In this document: piece by piece, positions 20,984 through 31,980 of the stretch
Numbering within the stretch: the stretch's first letter is position 1
Layout: each line of letters begins with the position of its first letter
Origin: an uncultured Bacillota bacterium
Lineage (GTDB): Bacteria > Bacillota_I > Bacilli_A > RF39 > UBA660
Direction of reading: 5' to 3'
Length of the DNA stretch: 64,000 nucleotides
Assembly: GCA_947644695.1 (NCBI GenBank)
Contig: CANSAJ010000003.1
Span: 8,424 to 72,423, forward strand
Position numbers and translations under genes: made by a program
Notes under the pieces: generated by a model
What the model was told of the DNA's origin: nothing
The model's database searches: none
The model's input: the letters and a program-made list of their open reading frames with translations, nothing else

Positions 20984-22561
20984 TTATTTTGTAAATTCTT
21001 TTATTAAAACATCATTATTTTTTAAAATTACTCTTTTTACCCATTCATATCTTTTGTTAGATAATATTTTTTCTATATCTTCTATTGCATTTTCTGAAGT
21101 CATATCTGTTTTATGTAAATCAATAATAAAATGTTGTGCTTTTTCTTTTTGTCCTTTAAATTGATTCACCATAGTAGTTCCTAGTGTATTTCCTTCTGGT
21201 TCTTTTATTTCCCATATTACTTTTGATGTTTCTTCTATAAAATCTCCGGTTTTTATAGAAGGTGGATTTAATACTCTAGGCAGCATTTTTACATTTACCT
21301 TATTATTTTCGGCATACCATGTTGCTATATTAATTTCGTTTTCGGTATGGTCTAAAATTATGTTTTTATTATCAACAATATATTTTTTTCCATCAGAACC
21401 AATAACAAAGTCTTGATTAGTACAACTAACAGTCTTATCTTTTAAATTACTAACATATTCTCTATTATAATCTCTAGTTAACTTATTATCTTTTAACCAT
21501 TTATCAAATTCAGCGTTAACTTTCTTTAATTTATGACTTACTTTATCATATTCTTCTGAATCTATATCTTTAGATGCAACTTTTTCTCTTTTTAGTTTAC
21601 GTATTTTTCTTTCAAATGCTCTTTGTTTTTGATGTAATTTATATACTTCTGCATTTTTAATTTCATCAAGTATAGGATCTACTTTTTCCCATTCCCAAGT
21701 TGGTCTAAAATCATGTCCACAATTTATTCCCTTAAGCCCTAACATTTCACCATAACCTGTTGCTTCATAAAAATTGGGATATTCTTCACTTGAACCCTCC
21801 AGCATATATTTCTTACCTTGCCACTCAGCATGCGCTTCATAATCATGTTTCATGTATTTAGTTCTAACTCTAGCACCCAAATGTTGGTCAACATAGACTA
21901 AATTAGTTTCTAAATCTTTAGCATGTTCTAATTCAGAATCTCCAATTAATTTATTCATTCTAGTTATTACATCACGTCTAACTACTGCCTCTATTGAAAT
22001 TGTTTTACCACTTTCATAAGTAGCGCCTTTTATACCTTCTCTAGCAAATTCTTTTATACCTTCTCTTATTGACTCAGTATACGTTTTTATTCCACTAGCA
22101 GTTTCTATATAAGCTTTATTAAGTATTTTCATATAAGCTTCTTTAGTACTTTCTATTGCTTTAGTATCAATTAATCTCATTATGTTTTCAGTATCTTTAA
22201 GTGCTTCATCAATCAAATTATTTATTGATACACTTTTAAATAAATCTTTGGGATTGACATTTATTAACCCTTTATCAAAGTAACCTTGTAATATTTCTAA
22301 ATCTTCAATGTGTGTTCCGGATTTAGCTGCTATTTCTTTTAACACTTTTTCTATTTTTTTCTTATTGTTCTTGATTATTTTTAAGTTATCTCTATCTAAA
22401 GTACCTAAATCAGCGATTTTTTCTAAATACCATTCTAATGAGCCTTGAATACTTTTATAAGTTGTAAGCCTTTCTATAACTTTTCTAATAAGGTCTAATT
22501 CTATCTCATCATAAATATCAATAAGTGGCTTAAGTAGTTTATCAAATTGTATCTTATTCAT
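20984..22561 (-). CDS. Phage head morphogenesis protein (Mu F / SPP1 gp7-like minor capsid)
   Basis: 525 aa; conserved INCGHDFRP-type motif (HPNCRC-like) in the central domain; follows the portal gene. Confidence 0.7.
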   Translation of the reverse strand: MNKIQFDKLLKPLIDIYDEIELDLIRKVIERLTTYKSIQGSLEWYLEKIADLGTLDRDNLKIIKNNKKKIEKVLKEIAAKSGTHIEDLEILQGYFDKGLINVNPKDLFKSVSINNLIDEALKDTENIMRLIDTKAIESTKEAYMKILNKAYIETASGIKTYTESIREGIKEFAREGIKGATYESGKTISIEAVVRRDVITRMNKLIGDSELEHAKDLETNLVYVDQHLGARVRTKYMKHDYEAHAEWQGKKYMLEGSSEEYPNFYEATGYGEMLGLKGINCGHDFRPTWEWEKVDPILDEIKNAEVYKLHQKQRAFERKIRKLKREKVASKDIDSEEYDKVSHKLKKVNAEFDKWLKDNKLTRDYNREYVSNLKDKTVSCTNQDFVIGSDGKKYIVDNKNIILDHTENEINIATWYAENNKVNVKMLPRVLNPPSIKTGDFIEETSKVIWEIKEPEGNTLGTTMVNQFKGQKEKAQHFIIDLHKTDMTSENAIEDIEKILSNKRYEWVKRVILKNNDVLIKEFTK

Positions 22562-23934
22562 TATTCCTCATCAGGTGGTGTTACTTCAGTTTCTTCTTCA
22601 GGTTGCCTTTTCTTGATTTCTTTATCAAACTCAATCGCTTGTTCTTTACTCATTTTATAAACGTCTTGATAATATTGAACACTGTCAATTAAATCAACAT
22701 TAAATTCGCTCATTGCTTGTGCTCTTATCTCTTTTTTATCTTCTACTATTGAGTCATCGAAATCAACTGTGGTTTCTCCTGTATATAATCTCCCTGTTTC
22801 AAGATAATAGATTGCTTTTACCATTCCTCGAATTGCTTTTAATAAATTCTTTTCGTGTTTTTTTACCGTTTTATATAACTTAGATTGTGTAGATATTACT
22901 TGTGTAGTATTTGTATATACTTTTCCATCTTTGAATGTAAAATAGTCACTTCCAAACCCACAAGCATCACCAAACAAATTAAGCGCTGTTTGAAGTCCAT
23001 CTATATAAGAAGTAGTTCTTAATTCAACATTGCTTATTTCAATAGGTTTACCTTGCTCAGCATCTTCTGGCAAAGGATAAAATTCAGTCTGTCTTTTATC
23101 CCAGTATGGTACCATTTTTCCATCAGGTCCTAATTTCATTTGAGTTACACTTGTTTTAACGAATACTCTATTCTTTCCCGTTTCAAATTCGTTTCTAAAT
23201 CCATCATAAATTATATCCACGGTCTTATTTTCCGATATAGCATTACCAAAAATACTTATTCCAAACGGACTAAACAAATCAATATTGTTTTTTATTTTAG
23301 GCTTTATTATTTGGAATAGTTTTTCTTCGCTATATTCAATTTCTTTGATTCCTTTTGGTACTTTCTTATCTTTTATTTTTTTATCTTTTGAGATACTAAA
23401 GTATTTGTTTTGTATTTTGTATCTTTTATCATTTTGCAATTCGTGAATATTTACATAATAATTATTTTCTCCTATCTTGCTAGCAAAGGCACAATCTATT
23501 ATATTTCCACGTTTTACCTTTAAAGGAAAAATCATAGGTCCTATAACATAGTCAATTTTTGTTCGATTGCTTTCTTTAAACTCAACAAGAGCACCTGTCC
23601 CAAGTGCTCCATACATTTCGATTAATTCATTCATATTATCTACAAAGTCATTTTCTTCATCTTCTAACACTGGCTTTATTATTTCATCAGCATCAGTTGT
23701 TATGAAAACATTATCATTCATAAGCAGATCAGCCATACACTCACAAGCTTTTTTTGGCATTCCTAATGTATAACGTTCCATATCTATATATTCGTTACCT
23801 GTATAATATTGATAATTATGAAAATCTTTTACATTTCCTGAATACCATTCAAGCCAAGCATTCATATGACTATACATTTCTTGTCCTATTACTTTGTATC
23901 CTAAATTATTTAAAAATTGTAATATTGCATCCAT
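22561..23934 (-). CDS. Portal protein
   Basis: 457 aa, acidic C-terminus; position between TerL and the Mu-F-like gene. Confidence 0.75.
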   Translation of the reverse strand: MDAILQFLNNLGYKVIGQEMYSHMNAWLEWYSGNVKDFHNYQYYTGNEYIDMERYTLGMPKKACECMADLLMNDNVFITTDADEIIKPVLEDEENDFVDNMNELIEMYGALGTGALVEFKESNRTKIDYVIGPMIFPLKVKRGNIIDCAFASKIGENNYYVNIHELQNDKRYKIQNKYFSISKDKKIKDKKVPKGIKEIEYSEEKLFQIIKPKIKNNIDLFSPFGISIFGNAISENKTVDIIYDGFRNEFETGKNRVFVKTSVTQMKLGPDGKMVPYWDKRQTEFYPLPEDAEQGKPIEISNVELRTTSYIDGLQTALNLFGDACGFGSDYFTFKDGKVYTNTTQVISTQSKLYKTVKKHEKNLLKAIRGMVKAIYYLETGRLYTGETTVDFDDSIVEDKKEIRAQAMSEFNVDLIDSVQYYQDVYKMSKEQAIEFDKEIKKRQPEEETEVTPPDEE

Positions 23935-23938
23935 TTTA

Positions 23939-25294
23939 TCACATCCTTACATCAATCATAATCTTTTGATATTTTTCACTTGAATATTCTTGTGCATCCA
24001 AGTTATCAATATTTGATGTTCCATCGTCTAATCTTACATCATCATCCGATTCTTCATCCCACACAGCATTTTCGTATGCTTCTATTGTTTCCGTGCAGCA
24101 ATCTATTATGAAATATCTTAATTGTTCCATCATTGACAAGTAAAATCTAATCCGATCTATTATTTCTCCTTTAACTGCATTTTCTATACTCAAAGGTATT
24201 CTATTTTCTCTAAGTACCGCTTTCAATCCTCTTATCAATACTTGTTCTGCACTATCACAATAAACTGTAGTTAACATGGGATATTCTTTTAAACATTCCA
24301 ACACAAACACCAAAAATTCTTTTTCAAGTTCTTTTGGTGTTAATTCTCTCTTTATACGTCGTTCTTTAAGTGTTATTAGCTCTCTATATCCCTGTGTATA
24401 ACCTGTTAAATTGAAAGCAGTACTTGATTTATTTCCGCCAAAGTCAACACCCATGGTTACATGAATGAGTTTCTTTCTTAATGAATGATCATATTTACCG
24501 ATTTCGTCTTTATGATACCAATCTTCTTGAGTGATAATATTCTTATCGGTAAATGTAGTATATATTTTACCTTCTGCTGTCACCCATAATCCTAATATAT
24601 TTCTTTGATAGAATACTCCAGAGAACATTCTTTTAAATCTTTCTTTTACTTTTTCCGACAATGTTAAATTATCGTCCATTGTAAAATGTAAATATAATAG
24701 ATTTTTTTCTTTTCTTAAATCAACGTATTCTTTTTTAAACCAATGAGTCGGATTTTTTGGATTACAATTATACCAATACTTAGCACCTTCAATGCTGCAT
24801 CTAGCTTCTGCTTGAGTTACAAATGATTGTGGCATTAATGCTACTTCATCAAAAAAGACACCTGCTAGTGTCATACCTTGTATTAAGTCTTGTGAACTTT
24901 CATCTTTACCACCAAACATATAATAATTGTTTGTAATAGAACCTTTAGTAACTATAAGTAAATTATCTGTTCTTCTTTCATCAACTTTATATCCTAAACT
25001 TAAAGACTGTGACTTTAATGTGTTTATCACATTACGTCTTAATGACCCAATTGTCTTACCACATATTGCAAAATCTTGACCATCAAACTTCTCCATTGAC
25101 CAGTTTAGGAATGCTGGAGCCATTGAAATAGTTTTGCCACTTCTTACTGCTCCATCTGCTATTATTCCGTCATAATCTTTTACTGGACTATTATCACACC
25201 ACCAAGTTAGTATTTTAAGTTGTTTCTTTGAAAATCGTTGCCATTTAAAGTGTTTCTTCATCATCTTCACTCCAAATCTCGCTAGATTTATCAT
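23939..25294 (-). CDS. Terminase large subunit
   Basis: 451 aa; Walker A-like DGAVRSGKT; C-terminal nuclease-like acidic motifs; overlaps TerS. Confidence 0.85.
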   Translation of the reverse strand: MINLARFGVKMMKKHFKWQRFSKKQLKILTWWCDNSPVKDYDGIIADGAVRSGKTISMAPAFLNWSMEKFDGQDFAICGKTIGSLRRNVINTLKSQSLSLGYKVDERRTDNLLIVTKGSITNNYYMFGGKDESSQDLIQGMTLAGVFFDEVALMPQSFVTQAEARCSIEGAKYWYNCNPKNPTHWFKKEYVDLRKEKNLLYLHFTMDDNLTLSEKVKERFKRMFSGVFYQRNILGLWVTAEGKIYTTFTDKNIITQEDWYHKDEIGKYDHSLRKKLIHVTMGVDFGGNKSSTAFNLTGYTQGYRELITLKERRIKRELTPKELEKEFLVFVLECLKEYPMLTTVYCDSAEQVLIRGLKAVLRENRIPLSIENAVKGEIIDRIRFYLSMMEQLRYFIIDCCTETIEAYENAVWDEESDDDVRLDDGTSNIDNLDAQEYSSEKYQKIMIDVRM

Positions 25295-25763
25295 TTAATG
25301 CGTTTATAAATGAATTTATATCATTCTCATTATTAGGATTAATCTCATTAGGTTTATCTCTCCATTTATCAGGCTTTCTATTTTTAAGCCAAAATATTTG
25401 CGCTGTTGTATCAGCTGGAATATGAATTTCATCATATACTTCAATAACTTCTTCATATTCATTAGTTTTAAAACCTTTTTCATTATATTCTACTCGCTTT
25501 ACTTTAACATTCTTCAATACTTTAGCATTATAACCTTTAGTTTTTTTAAACAAAGCATTCTCTACTTCATAATCAACTATCTCTTTATTCTTTTTTATGG
25601 TGTTAAGAATGTCGGGATATTTCTTTTCCCAGTCATATAAAGTTTGTCGCTTGATTTTACAATTATTTGCTATTTGTTCATCAGTTAATCCATCACGCGC
25701 CCAACCAGCTAGCAAAGTTAAGCCTTCAGGAGTTAACCACTTCTCAACCTTGCTTTTAGCCAT
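25245..25763 (-). CDS. Terminase small subunit
   Basis: 172 aa; N-terminal HTH TDEQIANNCKIKRQTLYDWEKK typical of TerS. Confidence 0.7.
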   Translation of the reverse strand: MAKSKVEKWLTPEGLTLLAGWARDGLTDEQIANNCKIKRQTLYDWEKKYPDILNTIKKNKEIVDYEVENALFKKTKGYNAKVLKNVKVKRVEYNEKGFKTNEYEEVIEVYDEIHIPADTTAQIFWLKNRKPDKWRDKPNEINPNNENDINSFINALNDKSSEIWSEDDEETL

Positions 25764-25784
25764 TTATACTACTCTCCTTTAGTT

Positions 25785-25964
25785 TCTTCTTTTTTAGGTT
25801 CTATATATTTTTTTACTATTCCTTGTTTAGATAATTTCTCGTATCTTTCTTTAGTTATTTTATAAACATATCCAGGTTGTAATAATCCCAAGTGTTTATT
25901 CTCCTTATCCTTAAAATTTGATATCATTACTTCTACTTCTATCATTTATCATCTCTCCTATCTT
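25785..25964 (-). CDS. Small hypothetical protein (59 aa; MIEVEVMISNFKDKENKHLG...)
   Basis: Not in the ORF track (below its size cutoff) but has AGGAGAG 7 nt upstream of ATG. Confidence 0.35.
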
Positions 25965-25972
25965 ATATTTAA

Positions 25973-26046
25973 TGGTTACGGGTGAAAGATTTGAACTTTC
26001 ATTAATTGCTGCTGAGACAATTGTGTTTCAATTACACTAACCCGTG
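25973..26046 (-). tRNA. tRNA-like gene (74 nt incl. CCA), anticodon loop CUCAGCA giving anticodon CAG; non-canonical
   Basis: Minus sense CACGGGT-TA-GTGT-AATTGAA-ACAC-A-ATTGT-CTCAGCA-GCAAT-TAAT-GAAAG-TTCAAAT-CTTTC-ACCCGTA-A-CCA. Conserved U8, A14, A21, U33 and a TTCAAAT T-loop are all present. There is a C1.A72 mismatch, a pyrimidine at position 37, and a class-I (short variable arm) structure despite a Leu-type anticodon. Confidence 0.5.
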
Positions 26047-26353
26047 ATATAAAAAAAGAACATATCTCTACGTCCTTAATCCTAAGATAAATAAAAATTT
26101 AAACTTCTAGTATCATTATAGATACTGTACCAACAATATAAGGTTAGACTTTTTCGGATCTATCTCTAACCGCACTGTCATTTATATTGCCAATACACTA
26201 CCTATGAAGATAGCGTGCCATAACTTATGCTTTTGCATTTTCTATGGTCTTTAATAGTATAGGGGCGGCTAGTGTGAACTAGCATGAAATAATCTTATAA
26301 TTATTCCATGATACCATTTTACAACATATACCGTGCCATCGGAGTGCCATCTT

Positions 26354-26803
26354 TCATGAATTTAAGAAATCAGCAAATATTCGCTTTGCTTGTCTAACAC
26401 TAAAACCAGTAAGTTCGCTTATCAATTCCCAAGTTCTAGGTTTGCCATTATGATCACTCGCATACTTCTCATCTTCTCTTAAAATAATTACTTTAGCTTC
26501 ATCTTTATTTGCTAGTGCAATACTTCTTATTCTTTTTATAATTAAAGCCTCATAACTATTTATAGATTGCAGTAATGCTATTATCTTCGTATCTAGTTCC
26601 TCATTTTTAATAACATAATGAGAAAACTTATCAAAAGAAGCATGAGAAGAATCAACTATAATATCTTTTAATTTAACAGATTGTGGTTGAGTCTTATAAA
26701 GAGTTATTTTTTTATTAGTTAATTCTAAATCTAATTCATCATTTAAATCTCTTAATATTTTCTTAGCTTCTCTAATAGTTAAATGTTTTTGGACCATTAT
26801 CAT
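26354..26803 (-). CDS. ArpU-family / sigma-70-like phage late transcriptional regulator
   Basis: 149 aa; C-terminal region-4-like HTH ELISELTGFSVRQAKRIFADFLNS; sits at the early/late boundary next to the packaging genes. Confidence 0.65.
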   Translation of the reverse strand: MIMVQKHLTIREAKKILRDLNDELDLELTNKKITLYKTQPQSVKLKDIIVDSSHASFDKFSHYVIKNEELDTKIIALLQSINSYEALIIKRIRSIALANKDEAKVIILREDEKYASDHNGKPRTWELISELTGFSVRQAKRIFADFLNS

Positions 26804-26807
26804 AGTA

Positions 26808-27530
26808 TCACACTCCTAAAATTTCTCTAATCTTTTGTTTTCCTTTTTCATTGTATCTAAACGTTGAAACTTGCTTATTGCTATATCGCGACTTGTCTAG
26901 CACTTCTATTCCATATTCTTCCGTTTTAAGATTATTCTTATTTGATATTTTACCTATAGCATTTGCAGATATTCCAATTTCATTAGCAATTTCAGTGGCA
27001 GTATAGTATTTTTCTTCTAGTTTAGGTCTAGGCAATGTATTTTCTCCAAGTACAACTTCTAAAGCATTAACTACCAATAAATCTTTTGATATATTTGATA
27101 AGTTATACTTTTCAATAGTGTTTAAAATAAAATTTGCCTCTCTTACTTTTGCATTTTTTAGTCTTGCATCTGCATTTTTGCTTCGAATTTCTATATTTCC
27201 CTTATGATTAATTCTAATATATTCTTCCATTTTGTTAAATGCCTCTATGTACTTTAACTTCCATTCATCTGCTTTTGCTCCTGTAAATCCCATTACTAGA
27301 AAACTAAATCCATCTCTTGTTAGTAAGTATTCTTTTCTCAATTCTCCTTTAGAATCCTTATATTCATTAGGTATAAAGTAACGAAGCCAATTTTGGCTTG
27401 GTTGCCTATTTTGATAATTTTCAATACTTCTTAACACCTTACTATGTTCTTTTTTAAAATTCTCTGCTACTTCTCTACTACTTACAACCATTACCCCATT
27501 TTTATCTTCAACATTTATTTTTTCTATCAT
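26808..27530 (-). CDS. Phage regulatory protein Rha (N-terminal) + KilA-C-like antirepressor domain
   Basis: VVSSREVAENFKKEHSKVLRSIENY is the Rha signature; C-terminal YYTATEIANEIGISANAIGK is KilAC-like. Confidence 0.7.
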   Translation of the reverse strand: MIEKINVEDKNGVMVVSSREVAENFKKEHSKVLRSIENYQNRQPSQNWLRYFIPNEYKDSKGELRKEYLLTRDGFSFLVMGFTGAKADEWKLKYIEAFNKMEEYIRINHKGNIEIRSKNADARLKNAKVREANFILNTIEKYNLSNISKDLLVVNALEVVLGENTLPRPKLEEKYYTATEIANEIGISANAIGKISNKNNLKTEEYGIEVLDKSRYSNKQVSTFRYNEKGKQKIREILGV

Positions 27531-27666
27531 TTTTATTTCCTCTTTCTTTCTATTATTTTTATTTCAACCTTAACCCTCTATCTTTGTAATGTAATTAAAT
27601 ATGCTAAGAATGCTACTATCCCATAAAATACAATAATATCTTCTATCGTAGAAGTATCTAATTATC

Positions 27667-27936
27667 TTATTTTTCATAATTCGGGAACTCCTTTACTTTT
27701 GTTATTCTAAAATTTGACTTTTGTCTTTGATCTTTTTCAACAAACTTTCTTGCCACTCTCATTAATAGCCCTATTCTTCTCATATCTTTCTTTGGATTTA
27801 CTATCATAAGATAGCCACCTAATTGTTCCATATAATCTAATATTGGCTTACCTTTCCAACATCTTGCAAATACTAAATGTATTGTTGTTTCATTTTCTTT
27901 TAAATTATAATTTTTCATAATAATAAAAATCTCCAT
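27667..27936 (-). CDS. Hypothetical protein, paralog of 33862..34110
   Basis: 89 aa; about 70% identical to the second copy, both located upstream of Rha-type genes. Confidence 0.5.
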   Translation of the reverse strand: MEIFIIMKNYNLKENETTIHLVFARCWKGKPILDYMEQLGGYLMIVNPKKDMRRIGLLMRVARKFVEKDQRQKSNFRITKVKEFPNYEK

Positions 27937-28144
27937 TTCTCAAATAAATTTTTGGCTAACTCACTTGAAAAATAAAGACTTATTTGGTACAATATAAAAG
28001 GATTTACTTTAAGTGAGTTCAAAGTATGAGATAAGTTGATTCTGCCAAGAATTATGCAACTTATCTTTTATTATACTTACTTTTCGTATCATCACCTCTT
28101 CAATAATACGAGTATATTATATTATCTAGATAATGTCAATTATT

Positions 28145-30162
28145 TTATTTTTCTAATTTGTCAAGAAAATCATTAATACAATTAATAATGAATTTCTTTT
28201 TTGTTTGATTAGTAAACTTTAATGCTAATTCAAATTCTTTCATTAATTCTTTAGGTATATCTACATTTAATTGTTTATAATGTTTTTTTCTATAATCATT
28301 TATATAAGATGTTTCATCATAAATTATTCCTCGTGCTCTATTATAGTAATATTCGCAAATTTGTCTTGCTTCTTCTTTATACTTATCATCCTTTAAATAA
28401 TTTATTGACAACAAATCTTCTATACATTTTCTATATAAGCCTGGCTCTTTTTGATAATCCAAAGATATGGTATCAATAAACCACTTAAACTGTTGTATAT
28501 TATTTTTTTTGCTCTCACTTTCTAAAGTATCTAATAAATTTTCTAATTGAAACTCTATTAAACGTTTTTTTTCGGTTTCTTCCATATTGTACTCTCCTTG
28601 TATAAGATAAGTATAACATAAATCTTGGTTTTTATTATAAAATTTTCAAAGAACATTTATTTTAAAGTCTTTATTGACTACTCCCACTCATTATTATCTT
28701 TTCTTTTAGCTTTAAATAAAATCTCTCTCACTATTACACCTCTTAAATTCCACTAACTTGATATATTCTCACTTCTTCTTTGTGTATTTTTTTAACTTCA
28801 TTACTTAAATATATCTTATTACCATCTACTTCTATAAAATCTTTAGAGCCTTCACGATAAACTATATATTCTTTTCCGTCTTTTAGTCTTATTGTAAAAT
28901 ATCCTGTTTTTAAATCTATATTAGTTAACACATAATCTTCTAAAGTAATTTCACGCATTATTTATTCTCCTTTTTTGGGTAAACTTTTACTTCACCATAT
29001 TTGTTTAACATCTCTATAAGTTTAACTATTTCACCAAGACTCAATTTCATCACTACTTCCTAAAACTTTATCAATGTCATTTTCACAATAAGTAATTAAA
29101 TTATCTATTATTTCTTTAAGAATATCTTCACTTATAGTTATTTTCTTACTAAATATTTCCCATTCATTCCATATAAAAGAATAACTTTTTCTAATTATTT
29201 TAATTTTATAATAATCATCATCAAAACTAATAAAATGTTTTATGTCCTTTAATTCTTCAAGTTTATCTAACTTGTTTTTTAATTGCGTCCTATTCATTAT
29301 TTCTCATCTCCTAAAACTTTATCTATTATTTGTAAAATATCTTGATATTTTGGTACTTGTCCATAAGTGCATTCCTGAATATCTTTTGCTATATATTTTC
29401 TTATTTTATTTAGTACTTGTTTTAAATTAGTATTTTCTTCTTGAATTTCAACTATTTTTTTAACAAAGTCTATTCTTCCATATTCTTTTGTAGATTTATA
29501 CATATCATCAATTTGCTTTCGTTTAATATAATATTTTAAACTATCTACACTATCTTCTTTGTTCATTTGTTGTCTCCTTGTATTTTTTGAAAATTCCTAA
29601 TAATTCATTCAAATCATTTCTTCCTTCAAATTCTCTATGTTTATAATCAGGTGCTTGCATTCTACTTTTGTTATAGATAAATTCTTCTAACTCATCAATA
29701 AATCCATCTCTTTGTTTGAGTTGGTTTTCTAATTGCCTTATTTTATCTTTTGATCTTTCATCACAATACATAAACATTAAAGTTAAATCTTCTGGATTTT
29801 CATATTGTTTTATTTGTTCTTTTAGTTGTTGATTTTCTTGTTCTAATAAGTCTATATAATTAGTAACTTCTATGTATTGAAAAGCATTTGGCAAACTATT
29901 TAATTGTGCTAATACATATCTTTTTCTTTCTTCTTTAGTCATACTTACCACTCTTTACTTTTTCTAGTAAATCAATAACTCGTGTTTTAATACATCTATC
30001 TATATCATCTTTTCCAGTTAATAAATTTTCTAAATATTTTATTAAGTTTTCTTCATTTTTAACGATTCTTTCAATTCCATTTTTAACATTGCATCCTGTT
30101 GATTGACACATTTCAAAATTAATACATCTTTTGCAATTATCTTCTATTAATTCTTTAGTCAT
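28145..30162 (-). CDS. Run of six small early-region hypothetical genes (28145..28585, 28743..28958, 29031..29297, 29297..29566, 29550..29951, 29935..30162)
   Basis: Tightly packed, mostly overlapping minus-strand ORFs of 71-146 aa. The last is Cys-rich (CKRCINFEMCQSTGC); no family recognised. Confidence 0.4.
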
Positions 30163-30760
30163 TGTTTATGCACCTACTATTTATAAATCTTATTACATCT
30201 TTTAAGTTTGCATTTTCATCTAAAGTTTCTTCACAATCGAGCGCACTTGTGATGCTAGTAGTTTTATCAGATGACATCGCATTAGATTTCAGAGAAACTA
30301 CTGGACGTACTCCGCGCGCAAGGTTGACGTTAGTGTAACTCAAGTAGCCAGGGTTGCTAGAACCGTGCACGTAGAACACGAACGCATAAAAATCATCTTC
30401 ATCTGTATTTGATGTCATTGTCCAATACCAGTCGCTAACATTATGTAAATCATCATCTAATCCTTCTACTTCTTTTTTTGTTAATAATCTAACCTCTCCA
30501 TCTATTTCTATATCACTTAAATATTTTTCTTTAAATTTGTTATTTAATATTCTTCTAATAACACTATTTTCCCATGAGTCATCTGTTACATCGTTGTTGT
30601 ATCTAACTCTATTTTCAATCGATAACCTTTTGCCATCTATAATATTTTGTATTACCTCTTCACTTAACACATCTGTAGTTGTTAAATAGTCTTTTCCGTT
30701 TTCTTGTTTATAACATCGCCACTCTATTCCGTTAATATTTTTTGTTTCTTTAATTTCCAT
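30155..30760 (-). CDS. DUF6273-like domain protein (paralog 2 of 3)
   Basis: IEWRCYK ... SWENSVIRRILN ... VRLLTKKEVEGLDD ... WYWTMTS ... GVRPVVSLKS matches, from memory, the YW..S...GVRP[AV]..L domain common in Firmicutes and phage proteins. Confidence 0.5.
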   Translation of the reverse strand: MEIKETKNINGIEWRCYKQENGKDYLTTTDVLSEEVIQNIIDGKRLSIENRVRYNNDVTDDSWENSVIRRILNNKFKEKYLSDIEIDGEVRLLTKKEVEGLDDDLHNVSDWYWTMTSNTDEDDFYAFVFYVHGSSNPGYLSYTNVNLARGVRPVVSLKSNAMSSDKTTSITSALDCEETLDENANLKDVIRFINSRCINND

Positions 30761-31064
30761 TTTCTATCCTTTCTATTTGTCTATCTATTTTATAATTCAT
30801 TACTTCTTGTATCTCTTCATCTGTTATTCCAAAATATAATTGTATTTGTTTCAACATAAATAAATTGTCTGCTAATTCTTCTTTCACATGATTTCTATAA
30901 TAATCTAAATTAGCATTCATTTTTTGCCAACTATCATATTTACCAACTCTATAACCTTCTGCGTTTATAACCGCTTCATTAAGTTCAAATTGTTCAGTAC
31001 TCATATATTTTAATTGATTTAATATTCCATAATGATTTACTACTTTTAATATTTTATCTTTCAT
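30750..31064 (-). CDS. MazG-like nucleotide pyrophosphohydrolase
   Basis: 104 aa; EQFELNEAV ... EELADNLFMLKQIQLYFGITDEEI pattern of all-alpha MazG/NTP-PPase proteins. Confidence 0.6.
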   Translation of the reverse strand: MKDKILKVVNHYGILNQLKYMSTEQFELNEAVINAEGYRVGKYDSWQKMNANLDYYRNHVKEELADNLFMLKQIQLYFGITDEEIQEVMNYKIDRQIERIENGN

Positions 31065-31384
31065 TATACATTTACCTTCTTTAGTTTTAATTTACATAGT
31101 AAATTCTTTCTTCGTTCTTTTTTCTTACCTTCTTTCAAATCTCTATATTTCTTTTTTAAATTATTGTATTTTTCATTTAGTTCTACTATCTCGCTCATTT
31201 GCATATGTTTTACTAAGTATAAGTGTCTTATAGTATCTTCCTTTGTTTTTAACTGCAATGCTCTATTATCTTTCTCAAATTTCTTTAATAATTCTATATT
31301 CTCTCTTTTTAAATGCGTATTTTCTTCTTTCAATTTTGGTAAACTTTTTATATCTTTAACAAAGTCAATTATTTTCCATAACAT
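31064..31384 (-). CDS. Basic coiled-coil hypothetical protein
   Basis: 106 aa, K/E-rich. Confidence 0.35.
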   Translation of the reverse strand: MLWKIIDFVKDIKSLPKLKEENTHLKRENIELLKKFEKDNRALQLKTKEDTIRHLYLVKHMQMSEIVELNEKYNNLKKKYRDLKEGKKKERRKNLLCKLKLKKVNV

Positions 31385-31424
31385 AATTCTTATTTCCTTT
31401 CTTATTTACCAAAACCCCTGAGAT

Positions 31425-31969
31425 TTAAACTAACTTCCATTTATAATTTTCATTTTCAAATTTATTACTTTTTATTTTTGAAGATAAATAGCCAATATTT
31501 TTACCTATTAATTTACTTCCTTCTGCTAAACTTGATGGATATATAATTGTTCCAGTTATTTTATCTTCTATTTTAACTTTTATTTGATTTTGCAATCCTG
31601 TTCTAAAAGCATGTTGTATATTTTCTTTAAGACTTATTAATTCTAAATTATCTAAATTATTATTTAATCTATTTCCATCTTTATGATTAACTGTTAAATT
31701 GTGATTTTCTATATTTTCATTTAAAAATGTAAATGCTACTAATCTTGCAACTAACATAGTATTTGGTTTGCCATCTTTCCACAAATCAACTCTATAACCA
31801 GTTTTATAAACATTTTATTATTTTTTCCTTTGGGAATTAATATTCTATTTTTCCAATGTCTAATATTATGCTTATTAGTAAAAGTTATTTTGTTATAAGT
31901 CCGTACTCTACCACAATTACTTACTTGATAGCCATCAAAGTTAGGAATATCTTTCCATATTTCTTTCAT
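31425..31969 (-). pseudogene. HNH homing endonuclease (NUMOD4 + HNH_3), split by a frameshift at an A-run near 31795
   Basis: N-terminal ORF MKEIWKDIPNFDGYQVSNCGRVRTY is a NUMOD4 signature. The second ORF has the VNHKDGNRLNNNLDNLE HNH_3 core. The reading frame ...NVYKTGYRVDLWKDGK is restored by adding one A in AATAAAATG. Confidence 0.65.
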
Positions 31970-31980
31970 CGTTTTACCTC

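Noticed and set aside
25973-26047. Reading the tRNA-like element on the plus strand
   Set aside because: The plus-strand fold would need a 5-bp D-stem and lacks a 3' CCA. The minus-strand fold has canonical stem lengths, conserved U8/A14/A21/U33, and an encoded CCA.
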